From Octopus sinensis (Eukaryota), in contig NC_043009.1 of assembly GCF_006345805.1 (NCBI RefSeq), positions 71,424,001 to 71,488,000 on the forward strand: DNA of 64,000 nucleotides, read 5' to 3'. Below are positions 26,051 through 38,329 of this stretch, in pieces. Both the position numbers and the translations under genes were made by a program. The notes beneath the pieces were generated by a model that ran no database searches, had not been told where the DNA came from, and saw only the letters and a program-made list of their open reading frames with translations. Numbering within the stretch: the first letter of the stretch is position 1; every line of letters starts with the position of its first letter.

Positions 26051-26769
26051 CATTTATTATTATCATCATCATTATCCTCATCACCATCATTATCATTGTT
26101 AGTATTATTATCTTTACAATAATTACCATTATTATCAACTAAAGAGTAATTTCCAAGGGGTTTCAGGCCGCACAGCTGCAGAAGTACTGGACCCTAATTC
26201 AGAGAGAAAAATATTGTTTAAATTTCAAAACATTTTCCCTATTTGACAAAAGGTCTTTCTCCTCCCAAAAAATTCTTCACAGTTCTTGAGTTATAATGAA
26301 TTTTACCAACAGAGATGACCCCTAACTTTCCCTCTTTTCGTTATCCTGACAGGTGAGGAAGGTGAGCTTCTCTTACAGGTGAGGAAGGTGTTCTTTGAAC
26401 AGGCCATGCTATCTTTAAAGTGTTATGTTACCCTCTCTATTAGTAAATCATCATCAACATTTAACATCTGTTTTCCATGCTGGCATGGATCGGAGAGTTT
26501 GACAGGCGCTGACAAACTGAAGAGCTGCAACAGGCACCAACTGTCTGTTTTTGCCTTGTTTCTCAACTGGACGAGGCCCTTCCTAATGTCGTCTCTACTT
26601 TACAGACTGTATTCAGTACTTATTATATTGACTCATAAAACGATGACCTCAGCAGATTTTCAACATAAATACACATCATAACACATTTGGTCAGACATGC
26701 TCCCATTTCTCCTCAATAATTTCCAGCAGAGACACAAAGCCAAACATTTGGAGCAATGGCTAGAGACAA

Positions 26770-27335
26770 TTACATCAAGCCAGAACTTTGTGCGTATTTT
26801 ATTTTACCAATCCCAGAAGGGTGAAAAGCAAAGTTCAAATCTTTGACAAGATTTGAACTCAGAATATTGAAACTAATACCTCAAGACACTTTGTAATACT
26901 TCCGCCAATCCACTGTCCTAAGCCAATAATAATCTTCTCTCCTAAGCCTGACACTTTGGAGGAGAGGGCTAAGTCAATTACATCAACCCCACACCTCAAA
27001 TGGTATTGGTTTTATATCGACCCTGAAAGGCTGAAAGGGCAGTCAACCTTGGCAGAATTTGAACTCAGAACAGAAGAGGCAGAAGAAATGCCACTGAGTG
27101 TCTGACGTGCTAACATTTCTGCCACCTTCAATAAAATGTTTCTAAAATAGGAACAAGGCCTAAAATAGGGGGGGGGTGATTACATCAACCACATCACTTA
27201 ATTAAGTTCTTTATTTTATCAACCCCAGACAGGTGAAAGGTGAAAGATGACTTCAGTATCATTTGAACTCACAATGTAAAGAGTCACAACAAATGCCATG
27301 TGGTATTTTTTCCAGCACTTTAATGATTCTGCTAA
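26770..27335 (-). mobile_element. Three tandem older family-A SINE copies
   Basis: Three recurrences of gaaaggc(t)gaaagg..gatttgaactcag about 200 bp apart. Confidence 0.75.
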
Positions 27336-27546
27336 TCCAAATTAATAATTACAACAACAACAACAATAATGAGAAAAAATGAAGGAAAGAGTTGAAGATG
27401 TGAAGAAGAATGAACCTTGTTGGAAAGATTTAAACATAAAAGAGAATGGAAACTCGAAAGGAAGAAATGAAATTTTGATAATGAAACAAAATGGGGGGAC
27501 AGGGGGGATGGAAACAAACAAACAAACAAAAATGTAAGAGCAACCG

Positions 27547-27555
27547 AAAAGATAC
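27547..27555 (-). promoter_or_regulatory. U12-type 5' splice site GTATCTTTT of exon 7B
   Basis: GTATC core with C-to-T at +6, a tolerated U12 variant; homologous position to the 7A donor. Confidence 0.8.
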
Positions 27556-27619
27556 AGTTAAAAAATATAATATAGGACTCTGCAACAAACTGCAGTTCAA
27601 ATGATGGAACGATGAACTG
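27556..27619 (-). CDS. TUSC3: TUSC3/MAGT1 exon 7B, putative mutually exclusive paralog of 7A: QFIVPSFELQFVAESYIIFFN(Y)
   Basis: Exactly 64 nt, same phases, open frame; acceptor atttcttttatttttcAG, donor GTATCTTTT. Aligns without gaps to 7A (7/21 identical: I,S,Q,F,V,E,Y; QFVAESY core); T+AT gives Tyr with exon 8. Not in the ORF track; transcript support is unknown. Confidence 0.85.
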
Positions 27620-30600
27620 CTGAAAAATAAAAGAAATTCAACAGAAGGTTCAAAATATACAAAAAAATATCAAGATATGACAAAGCAATAACTAACATGT
27701 GCCAAACAGAAGGTTAAGAGACATGCGAGGGGGGGGGTTCTTTGTCTCTCTCTTCTCCACACCATTTTTTTGTATATGGGAATAACAATCATTAGCAGAA
27801 AGCCAGATGCAAATAAAATATGAGAAAGAATATAAAGTGAAACCAAGCAAAAATGGGGTGAAAAAGATTGCAATATATGTCAATGCTGAGATGAAAAAAA
27901 AGGAAAAAGAAGAGCAGCATAACCAGTGAGAAGAAGAAGAAGAAGAAGAAGGAGAGAAAAAGAGCAAACGAGCTAAACTGGAATCAATTATGAAAACAAT
28001 CAAGCAAAGAAGAAATTTTTTTTTGTCTCTTTCCTAATAATCTATTGTTGATAGAGAATGGACAAAGGATTCCTAAATCAAAGCAGATTTCAGGAACATA
28101 GAATTATAAAAACAGAAAGAAAAATATTGTTTTTCTTCCCTTTTTTCTTTTTTTTTTTTTTAAAGAAATATTTCCACAAAATGTCTCTGACTGTAGATAA
28201 TTTCTTAAATTAGACAATAAAGATTTTAGCTGAAACGGTAGAAAGAACAATAAAAAGAATGGGGAAAATTATGAAAGAAAAAAAACAAAAAAAAAACGAA
28301 GGAAATCAGTCAAGTGTGGAAATGAGTGAGTTGGAAGAAAGACTAACAGATTTCATACTCTATGAACAAATTAGAATTAAGTTAACGAAGATATAAAAAT
28401 AAGAAAAGGAAAACAATCAAAAATCCAGGTGAGTCAATATGTTGGTCAGGACAAAAAAAAAGTCTTTGCAGGAAGTAAAAACAGTTTTCAGTGTAAATAA
28501 GAGCAGATAGCAAACTAGTTTTCAATTAAATACATTCAGCTATTTAATTAGGAGTTAAGAACCATTCCACATGATCAAAAGATAATGCATGCTAATTCTA
28601 CAGAAGTAAAACATGCAGCTCTACCCAATAAATTCAGTTTATAAAAGAAAATGTAGAAAGACTGGTGCTATGGATACCAATGCTATGTGATGCCTGAGTT
28701 TTTTCAATTATTTGAACATTTAATAACTTATCTTCAATTTTCATGCCAAACAAGGGAGAAAATTTCAAAGCTCTGGAGCAGATAACAAAAGCTGTTATAA
28801 TCTCTCAAAAAATTAACTCTCAGACTAACCTGAAAAATTGAATGCTGTTGGAATATAATTTGCTTGCAACAATAAGCCACATTTTTTTAAATGTCATTTG
28901 ATTCAAAATTCATGAGAGATGAGATAATGAAGGAGACGACGACGTTAACAGGCAAATGACCATCAAATCCATTTCGTGGTAAAAGATGATAAAATTCTGC
29001 TACACAGGAAGGGCTTTTGCTTACAGCTTATGTCAACTAAAAGAAGGAACAATCAAAAGAAACAAAGGGGCTGCTGCTGAGAGCAAGAATCGTCATCATC
29101 ATCAATGGCTGCTTAGGAGAGAATTGCTACTGCAAGTGGTGGAGATATCTATTTATATAATCAGACCGTCCGTCCGTCAGATAAGCAGACATATGTCTTT
29201 AGACAAACAAAATCACACAAGAATGGCTTCAACCAGGGTCGACTCTGGAAATTACTGGAAAAAATAACAGGCCTCATAAGTGGTAAAAACTAGGCATTGG
29301 TGAGAGGAAGCAGAAACACACACACACACACACACACACACCCACAGCAGCTGACTTTATGGGTAGTGATGGCCATGATGCTAATAATACTCAGTCTTTC
29401 CTGTTCCAGAAACACAAAAGAAACAAAAAATCAATACTAGTAGGCAAAACAAAATAATCAATCAATTCTTTTTCACCAGAATTCTTTGTATTATTTTTTT
29501 AGAAGAAAAAAGGCAATTTAGCAAAATAGCTTTGAAACGAAGTTGGGGTGGGGGTGGAAGTGGGTAAAACATAAAAGGTTTAATTAACTCAAACAGTTAT
29601 GTTGAAAATTAAATTTAAGAAAGAAACTTTAGCAATTACATTTGAATATTCTTTTTACTACATCAAAAATAATTTCATGTTTTTAAAACCTTACAAATAT
29701 AATGTTATTAATACAATTAAACTCTTTTTATTTTAACATTAGCAACAAACAAACGAAAACAAGCATTTTTTTTCTCTCTCCTAAGCTTGGAACTTTTACT
29801 TTGGTTAAGTAGAGACGTTATGTCCATTCACAAAGAACATAAGCATTTTGAATGAAACGTGGAACAACTTAGAAACCAAAACTGGTTCACTGACTCATCT
29901 CAGAATCTTACAGATTCTGAGATGTTATATTGATAGGGTTTTCTTTCAGAGGTGTACACTACATTTACATTTAATTAAATATAGAAACAACAACAAAAAT
30001 GTTCTTGTTTGTTTTTTTTTTAATCAAAATTAGGATTTCCTTCAAAATTAAAATTAAAACCAAAGTAAAATTAAAGAAAATTTGTTGAATAATCTACAAG
30101 ACAATTTTTAAGAACCAAATCTCTAACTCAGTGAGATTTTACTTAAAATCTTTTGAGTACTAAACTAGACATAGCGAAACAGCTAATCCAGTGCTCAAGC
30201 ATGAGGGGCCCCTTTGGCTGATGCTGAGATAGAAATACTTAACAAAAAATAATATTCATGAGAGTCTCGTCTAGCATTGGCTAAAAGTTCGTTAATTTCA
30301 AGAGAACAGTTGATTATATAAACCTCAGTATTTGTCTGTGTACTACAAACCCAAGGAAAATTCATCTGAGCAGGACTTGAACTCAAAACTTTGGGGAACC
30401 ATAACTTTGTAGTCCAGAAGTTCATTTTGTAAGCATGCAGTGTTGGGTTCAGTCCCACAGTGCAGAACCTAAGGCGAGTGTCTTGGGAAACAAAAAGCTG
30501 CATTCAGCTCATCGTGAGTGCATGCGTGCATGCAAATGTGCATGTATGTTGATACTGCACTTGTCACCATTTCAGTGAAACAGCGATAATGTTGACATTC

Positions 30601-32024
30601 TTTGTTGCCCTTCTGATTGGTTGCTCTACACTCTCAAAGACCTTTGAAATATAAAAATCGTTTCTCTGAAAAACAGGTGAGGGCTGGCAGCAGGAAGGTC
30701 AGCCAGTCACATTTTCTGACCTCAAATCAATTCTCATCCAACCCATACAAGCATGGGAAACAGAGGTTAAGTGAACGAACAAAGAAAGAATGAACACAAA
30801 TGGATCTCTGAGACATTGGCAGACTGAAAATTGTGGATGTGTTGAGTGATGTAAAGAAGGAAAGGAATTCTGAAGAGAGTTTCATCCTTCCAGCAATGAA
30901 AAAAATCAAATGATTAAAAGAATACACAATACAAAGTGAAACCAGAACAAGAGAATGAAAGAACCTGAAGACATTCTAGGTTGGATGCCAACAATGGATT
31001 GTCCTGACAATAAATTGTCTTTGGACAAACGAATGGCTAATGAATTGTCTCACCACCATGGACAAAGGGTTTTACTGATGTAAAGTAGTTCAGTTGGATG
31101 CAGAATTCTTTTGTTTTCTTCTTCTTCTTCTTCTTCTTTGATTACTCAGATTTATGTGACTACCTGACAGCCAACAGGTTTCACTCCCTGCTTCATAGCT
31201 GAGTTGTTAGAGATAAGAAGATCCCCCCCCCCCGCCACTGCCCTCTGTCCCAGCAGCTGTAAAAGTAAAGTGCTACAACAAAATCGTTCAACTCAATGAA
31301 AAGAAAATAATTAATTACAGCTCAGGTGAGTGTATTCACCTGATAAAAGATATCATTGATTGTATTCGATAACACAATAACAGTCGTATAACATTTTTTC
31401 TGCTTTTGTTGCCGATAATGAACAAGTATTAAAAAATAAACATTTCTTATTCAAGATAAATAACAACAATGAAAATGGTTTCTGATTAAGGTACAAGACA
31501 TGTAATTTTGAGTGGAAGGGCTTTAGCCAACACCTTTAGCCAACACCCTCAACTCCAGGACTCAACTGGTACTTTATTTTATTGAGAGATGAAAGGTAAA
31601 GTCAACAAGCTGACAACAGAATTTGAACTCAGAACATAAAGAGCTGGAATCAAATACTGCTTGGATGATTCTGCCAGCTGACTGCCAGGAGGAGGAGGAG
31701 GAGTAGGAAGTAAATCTGTTTGTTTGTTTGTGTGTGTGTGGGGGGGGGTATGTATGTATGTATGTATGTATGTGGGTATGTATGTATGTGGGTATGTATG
31801 GATATATTGCAATGGCATAGAAAATATTTCAACTGGAGAGAACAAACTGATGCAGTAAATTCCAGCCAAAAGCCTTGTGAAGGATGAAAGAAATGTCAGA
31901 GAGTGGAGGGAAGAAAAAAAGAAATGCACAAATATTATAATAAAAAAAAAGAACAAAATAATAGAGCAATTAGGAGGAGAAAGAGAGAGTGTGACAATGT
32001 GAGCAGCAATGAGTGAGTTGGTTA

Positions 32025-32033
32025 AAAGGATAC
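32025..32033 (-). promoter_or_regulatory. U12-type (minor spliceosome) 5' splice site GTATCCTTT of exon 7A
   Basis: Exact match to the established U12 GT-AG donor consensus RTATCCTTT at the exon boundary. Confidence 0.9.
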
Positions 32034-32097
32034 TCAGGCACATAACTAAGTAAGTTTCCACTACAAACTGGCCCTGACTGCTACCATGGATATAATG
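32034..32097 (-). CDS. TUSC3: TUSC3/MAGT1 exon 7A (canonical-type): HYIHGSSQGQFVVETYLVMCL(N)
   Basis: 64 nt, phase 0 to 1; acceptor gtttttgcattgcAG, donor GTATCCTTT (U12 consensus). Matches SYIHGSSQAQFVAE of human TUSC3/MAGT1; A+AT gives Asn with exon 8. Confidence 0.95.
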
Positions 32098-33286
32098 CTG
32101 CAATGCAAAAACATTTAGGGCTCAGTTACAGAATGCAGTTGAAAGCTAGAATGAATTTAAGGGCAAAAGTACATAAATAAAAAAAAAACCTTTGAATTTA
32201 AATGATTTCAGCTGGAACAAAAACAGGGTAAACAGAGATGACATTTGCTGGATCCTGATTCCATTCAAGCACCACCACCCTTTTTTGTTCTTCCTTTCTT
32301 TCTTTTGGGACTGCATACATCATTAAGAGAGAGAAAAGAAAAGACTACTAGTGACGAACAGGCAACTAATTATCTAATAATGCAGTGACCACTACACATG
32401 TAACATTGCGTTTTCTTTCTTTCCCATTCACTAAAGTTGTAACAGTCACTGGAAAAAGCCTACTTTACTCTGGACAGGAAATGTAATCTCTGTTTACTCA
32501 GCGTATGTATAAACACATTTCAGACACTAGCTTCTAATACTTGTTTGCAATGGACTCTTGTATATTTTCAGATCACAAAGTAAACAAAAAGAAAACTTTG
32601 TATGCAGTCAAGCCTTTCTGAAAACTCAAGTTGCCAATGTTTTGCTACAAGAGTGAAACCTCATCCAGATTCCAGAATTGTTACCCTAATTGTTGCTGTT
32701 TGGTTCAAAGCCAACCTTCAAGCAGAATATGATCAAAGACTTTCTTCCCATCGTTCACATATCCCAAGCTACCGTGTGTCAATGTGACCTTCTTTGTTTA
32801 AAGCAGTTGGCGGTGATTTGGAAGGGATTTTGACAAGCGGTTCAAGTAGAATGAATTTATCATTCACAATAACCCCATTCACCCTACACAGGACAAACAT
32901 TACATAACAAGAGTTCATATGCTTCTAATAGAAAGCCCTACCAAGCATTTTTCTGTTTCTTATACCATAATATAAAATTTAAAAAAAACAATATATAATA
33001 TTAGTATAATGATGCATGCATGAGACAACGGTGTATATGTTGTGATGTGAACCAAAAACTTCAACAAGATTTAAAAAGGTCAAATACAGAACTCATTAAA
33101 CAGATTATAATCAATACAAACTCAATTATTGATTCGAAAGTCAAAAATGATCCACAAACAACAGACATGAATATAATTGGCAAAATACAAAAAAAACATT
33201 CAGAAAAACAACAAAATTCTTTTGTACAAATTACATTTGAAGCAAATGTATGTAATTATCTCTAAAAACAACTGACATACAAAACA

Positions 33287-33323
<37 letters not shown>

Positions 33324-33369
33324 ACATCCATGGAACTTTCTCAAGTGGAACATAGTTCTTTAGTACTAC

Positions 33370-34570
33370 ACAATGACATCCAGTTTAGTGGTTGGTGTAA
33401 CTTTCAATTCCAAAGTTGGGTGCCAGACCTTCCAGGATCTTCCATATAAAATATCACTGCATATCTTTTACATCTTCTCTCTCAGGAGTCTCAGAGTCTC
33501 AGTCCTTCCGACCTCTCCCACCAGTTCATCTGTTGCACCAAGTCAATCTTCTTTTTGCAGAGGCACTAAATTGCCTCAAGTTCTGCTGTTAGTTTAACAC
33601 TTTGTAATGATCACAGCTGGAAGCAGTAAACGCAGGCAACTGAAAACAAATGCTCTACTCCGGAGTAGCTTCATGTCCTTTTCATGTTGTTTTATTCCAG
33701 TTGCTTTCATCAGCCAACTTGCATACTGCCTTCAGATCTTTCTCCAGTTTTCAGATGTCATCAGCACCCTTTAAACCCTAGCAACACATTTGTATCATCA
33801 GCACAACAGGTGACAGTGGCTGACTGTACAACTGACGGTATGCCCGAGAGAACCACCACAAAGTGAGGGACTCCACTGAGAACTGATGTCTCCTCACAGA
33901 CAATACCATTGGCTGCAACTGTAGCACTTCTACAACGTTTACTTTTTGAAAAGGAATGCAGCCACTCTTGTAGCTTTTTGGCTGATGCCAAAGTCACACA
34001 GTTTGTGACATCATCCCATGATCAATTCTATGGGAAGGCCTCGGCAATATCAGGAAAATATCACATCTACATTTGAGTGGTTGGGCTGTGGTTTCAGTGC
34101 TCAGTCATAACACTGTAGTTGTTGTGTGAGGTCGCTCGATCCTGCTCAGAAGACTTCCTGCATTTTGGGGAGCAAGATATTTATTTTCCAGGAACAGGAT
34201 CAACCTCCCCCTCCTCCTCCTTCTGATAATGGATTCCATATTCTTGCTAAGATGTGAGATCAGAAATGTTTAGCATCTGCTCTGCTCCCTCCTTTACGGA
34301 CAGGGCATCTTATACCTTCTTTTAACATTTTAGGAAGTTTGCCACATGCAAGGAAACTCTGGAAAAGTATCCGTAGTGGGTTTGTGAAAACTTTCTCGCA
34401 TGTCTATAAAAGAATAACTAAAAACCCACCTGGGCCCACTGCTGAATTTGATTCCATCTCAACTTTTACATCCAATGTAATTGATAATTGCCTTTTTTCT
34501 GTGGACTTCTGCCACCAAGCTTGTTTTGCTCCTGTTTATTGTCTTTCGGCCAAGTGAGAACACTTTTGCT
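33370..34570 (-). mobile_element. Old CR1-like LINE RT relic
   Basis: WLHSFSKSKRCRSATVAANG..ETSVLSGVP..TCCADDTNV resembles CR1 RT motifs (SGVPQG, YADD); heavily disrupted; boundaries approximate. Confidence 0.75.
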
Positions 34571-34845
34571 TCTGTTCATAATATTGTCTGTCTTTTGTTT
34601 GCTTCACTCATCGGACTCTGGTTATGTTGTGGTACCACCTTGAAGGGTTTGGTAAACAAATCAACCCCAGCACTGATTTTTTTAACCCTGACACTTACTC
34701 TATCAGTCTCTCTGCCAAACTTCTAAGTTATGGGCAAACCAAAACTACTTGACAAGCAGGACGGGGAGGAATGGGGTGACGACAAACAGAAAAAACACAA
34801 ATCATCATAATCCTTAAATGTCTGTTTTCCATGCTGGCATGGGTT

Positions 34846-34897
34846 ACATACACACACATACATAAATACATACACACACATACATAAATAAATACAT

Positions 34898-34928
<31 letters not shown>

Positions 34929-34985
34929 TACATACATACACACACACACACACATACACACACACACATACATACATACACACAC

Positions 34986-35016
<31 letters not shown>

Positions 35017-35127
35017 TACATACACACACAAACATACATAAATACATACTTACATACACACACACATACATAAATACATACTTACATACACACACACATA
35101 CATAAATACATACTTACATACACACAC

Positions 35128-35157
<30 letters not shown>
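34846..35157. repeat. (ACAT)/(AC) compound microsatellite, about 310 bp
   Basis: Direct reading; source of the CVCV ORFs. Confidence 0.98.
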
Positions 35158-35158
<1 letters not shown>

Positions 35159-35495
35159 GACACCCACCCATACATATAATAGGTAGTCCATTGGTGTCCA
35201 ATGATGACAAACTCTTATATTCTCAGCAGCGAAAGTGCATGTGACCGCACAGTCCAAAGCTGGAAGAAGCACACAGGCAGCCACAGACGTCACAGCAGCA
35301 GTCTCTGTTGCCTGGACTGAAGCAGATGCTGTCCTCTGACATCTTTCTCTTGCAGCATCATGACACTCTCAACCGGCCATCTTTGAAAGCAGCTGCTGCT
35401 TGTGAGGTGAAGGACCTCCACCTTGATCTGTCTGCAGCAGAGGCTCCGAGTCTGCAGCAGCTAATGCCACACATACATACAATGTGTGTGTGTAC

Positions 35496-35560
<65 letters not shown>

Positions 35561-36959
35561 TACGTACGTATATATATATATATGCCAGGCTTCTCTCAGT
35601 TCCCATCCACCAAATCCATTCGCATGGCCTTGTTCAGCCCAAGGCTAAAGTAGGAGACATATTCCCAAGGCTGCAAACCCAGGACAATATGATGGTGGGG
35701 GGGGGAAAGGCTTGTTGCTACACAGGCACACCTATAATATATACACACAAATAAATAATCATTTTGTTTTTTTCGCCTCTGGTTCTCCCTTCGTGCCACA
35801 GCCATGAGTCGGCCAACTCCATTACGACAGCATGGTCTTACTGCCAGAGGCCAACACGTTGCTGTTCTCCAAGTAAGCCATCTCTTATTCTGCACGTCTT
35901 GCAAGGCACAAAGCTATCAAATGATTTATTGACAAGGGAAATGGAATGCAGTGTCACTGCCTGCAGGGGAAGGGGCTATGCTGAGACCCCAAATATAAAC
36001 TATAAACAAATATACACACACACACACATTTATGCACAAATATTGTATAGGACAGGCTTTTTTTTCAATTTCTCACTAGAAAATATTATTCACAAGACTT
36101 TGTTTGGCCAGAAGCCATTGTAGAAGACACTTACTGTGCAGTAAAACCACAGGTGACACACACACACGCGCGCACACTAACACACACACAGGTGCATGTC
36201 TTTTCTCTCTCCCTCTGCATATATATATATATATATATATATACATACAACACACACACATGCCCACACTCATTTGATAGAATATTGGCTAATTAGTAAA
36301 ACAGAGTTGAATACACTCCCAAAGAAAATCTTTATAACATCTAAGTGTTAAATATGGCGACCATAATGTAAGGGTGACAGCAATTGTGGTGGTGAGGTGG
36401 TGGCGGTGGTGGTGGTGGTGTTAGAGTCTGTGTAGTATGATATCATAGTCATGTGACAACCTTTAATGAATCTGCAAGTCATCTTTCCATGATTCATTGT
36501 GTTAAATACACATAACCACCAAACACACACACACACACCAGCAGAGTGGAGCTGTCTATGCCAAAAGGTCCATATCCTGACATAATTTCTTTAACATAAA
36601 TGATAAGAATTATTTAAGAGCCAAAATGGCTGAAACAGCGAATTTTTTTTAAGCATGCATAAAGCAAACAGAAATCCTTGTCACTTGCAAAATCTGACAC
36701 CCATCTTCACTTCTTTCCTTTCTTCATATATATACATATATATACATATATATATACATAAAGAATGGAAGACAAGATGGACTGTGTATGTATATATTAT
36801 ATATAACGGTTCCACAACTCCCATCTCAGCTAAGAGCTTGGAGCCCTGCTAATCTGTTACACCACTTACCCAGCAAAAGGGAAGGTCATTTTTGGACACT
36901 GTGGGCCACAGGTGGCCAACAACTGGTTTCAATGAGGAATGCCTGCCTTGTTTGAGCCA

Positions 36960-37145
36960 ACAAGGAAGCCACTATATACTCGCTCAAGAAATTAGTAATA
37001 GCAGCCAAATATGCCTCATATCACACCCTACAAGTTGGAAAATGCAGTCTTACATTCCTTGCACAGGAGAAAATTGGATGGTCACTACTGGGATGGTTTT
37101 GATCATAAGGCTGCTCGATCAAGACTGACCATGGGCTAAACAACT
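36960..37145 (+). repeat. Dispersed repeat family 'tagcagccaaat..ggatggtcac..gatcataagg..gggctaaacaac' (also near 5900-6050, 13190-13370, 21280-21480, 58340-58530 and minus-strand 59270-59470)
   Basis: Recurs at least six times in the window with an (AAC)n-like tail; probably a SINE 3' part. Confidence 0.65.
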
Positions 37146-38329
37146 CTTCTTTTTCTTTTCTTTAAACTGATGATCAACAATTTCTATTTATATTACATCT
37201 ATATATATATATATATATATATATGCACCAAACTCCAGTCTGATTTACATATATATATAGTCTGTCATTTACAAAACATAAATTCTAGAACTGGAAATTA
37301 CATTTTGTAAACGACAGACTATGCTGACAATCTTGCAGATATTTGCGTGTTCATGTATGTAGATATTAACAAGTGAAATCAATGGTTTGTAGGTAATCGT
37401 TTTATATATAGAGCAAAAACAATTAGGATCCAAGTGAATTCCAATGAATTCAAATGAATATGGTACTTAACTTAGATGCACCAGAATTCATTTATGGTAT
37501 TAACCATAAAATAATGTGGGGTGATATATATATATATATCAGAATGGAGTTTGGTGCAGCCTTCCAGCCTTAGATAAACTATCCAACCCATGAACAACAG
37601 ATATTAAATGAGGATGATAATGATGATGATGATGATGATGATAGTGATATGAGGACGATGATGGAGGATGATGATGATATAAATGAAGAAATTCCCTTTC
37701 TAAAATAATTCTTCCTTCTCTTATTGTCTTACGAAAATTAAGATGGCAAAAGTTATCTATAAAATATGTGTTCTGTACTTCGGGGATTATTCTTCCTCAA
37801 GGAATTCCACTGGGGTACGACCATAATAAAGTATTGTATCTGACAATATATAATATTAGGTGTAAATTGGTGACAAGGCCAGCAATTTGGTCCTGGTATC
37901 ACTTGGTTGGTAGTTTATTTTCTCAAGAGATGAAAAGCAGAGTTGACCTCGGCGGGATTTGAACACAGACTGTAGAAATCCAAATACCGTAAAGGATTAT
38001 CATTGACACTAACGATTTTAAGAATTGAGACCAAATCAAGCGCAGCTTCATTAGAACTTATGTAAAGGGACATAACTGCATACACAACTGGTAGTGGTGT
38101 GTAAAGGGACGTAACTTCAGGCTATACCCTCCCTCTCTACTTGGTGTAATTAGTTTAGCCCAAGGCTACACATATCAGGGAGGGATAATTATTTGACCCC
38201 AGTATTTCAGTGGTGCTTATTTCATTGAACTTCAAAGAGTTGAAGATCGAAGTTAACCTCACCAGGATGGACAGGCTAAACAGAAGGTATTTACGAGCCT
38301 GAAGAGTTTATTGCAAACCAGCACTGCTT

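Noticed and set aside
31579-32103. 174-aa ORF beginning MQHYIHGSSQG treated as a stand-alone gene
   Set aside because: Only 32034-32097 is coding (exon 7A); the rest is intron read-through into pyrimidine tracts, microsatellite and a SINE.
34723-35754. CVCV/HTHT/poly-I/poly-Y ORFs here and at 231-443, 9781-10009, 40817-41317, 41978-42646
   Set aside because: Translations of microsatellites.
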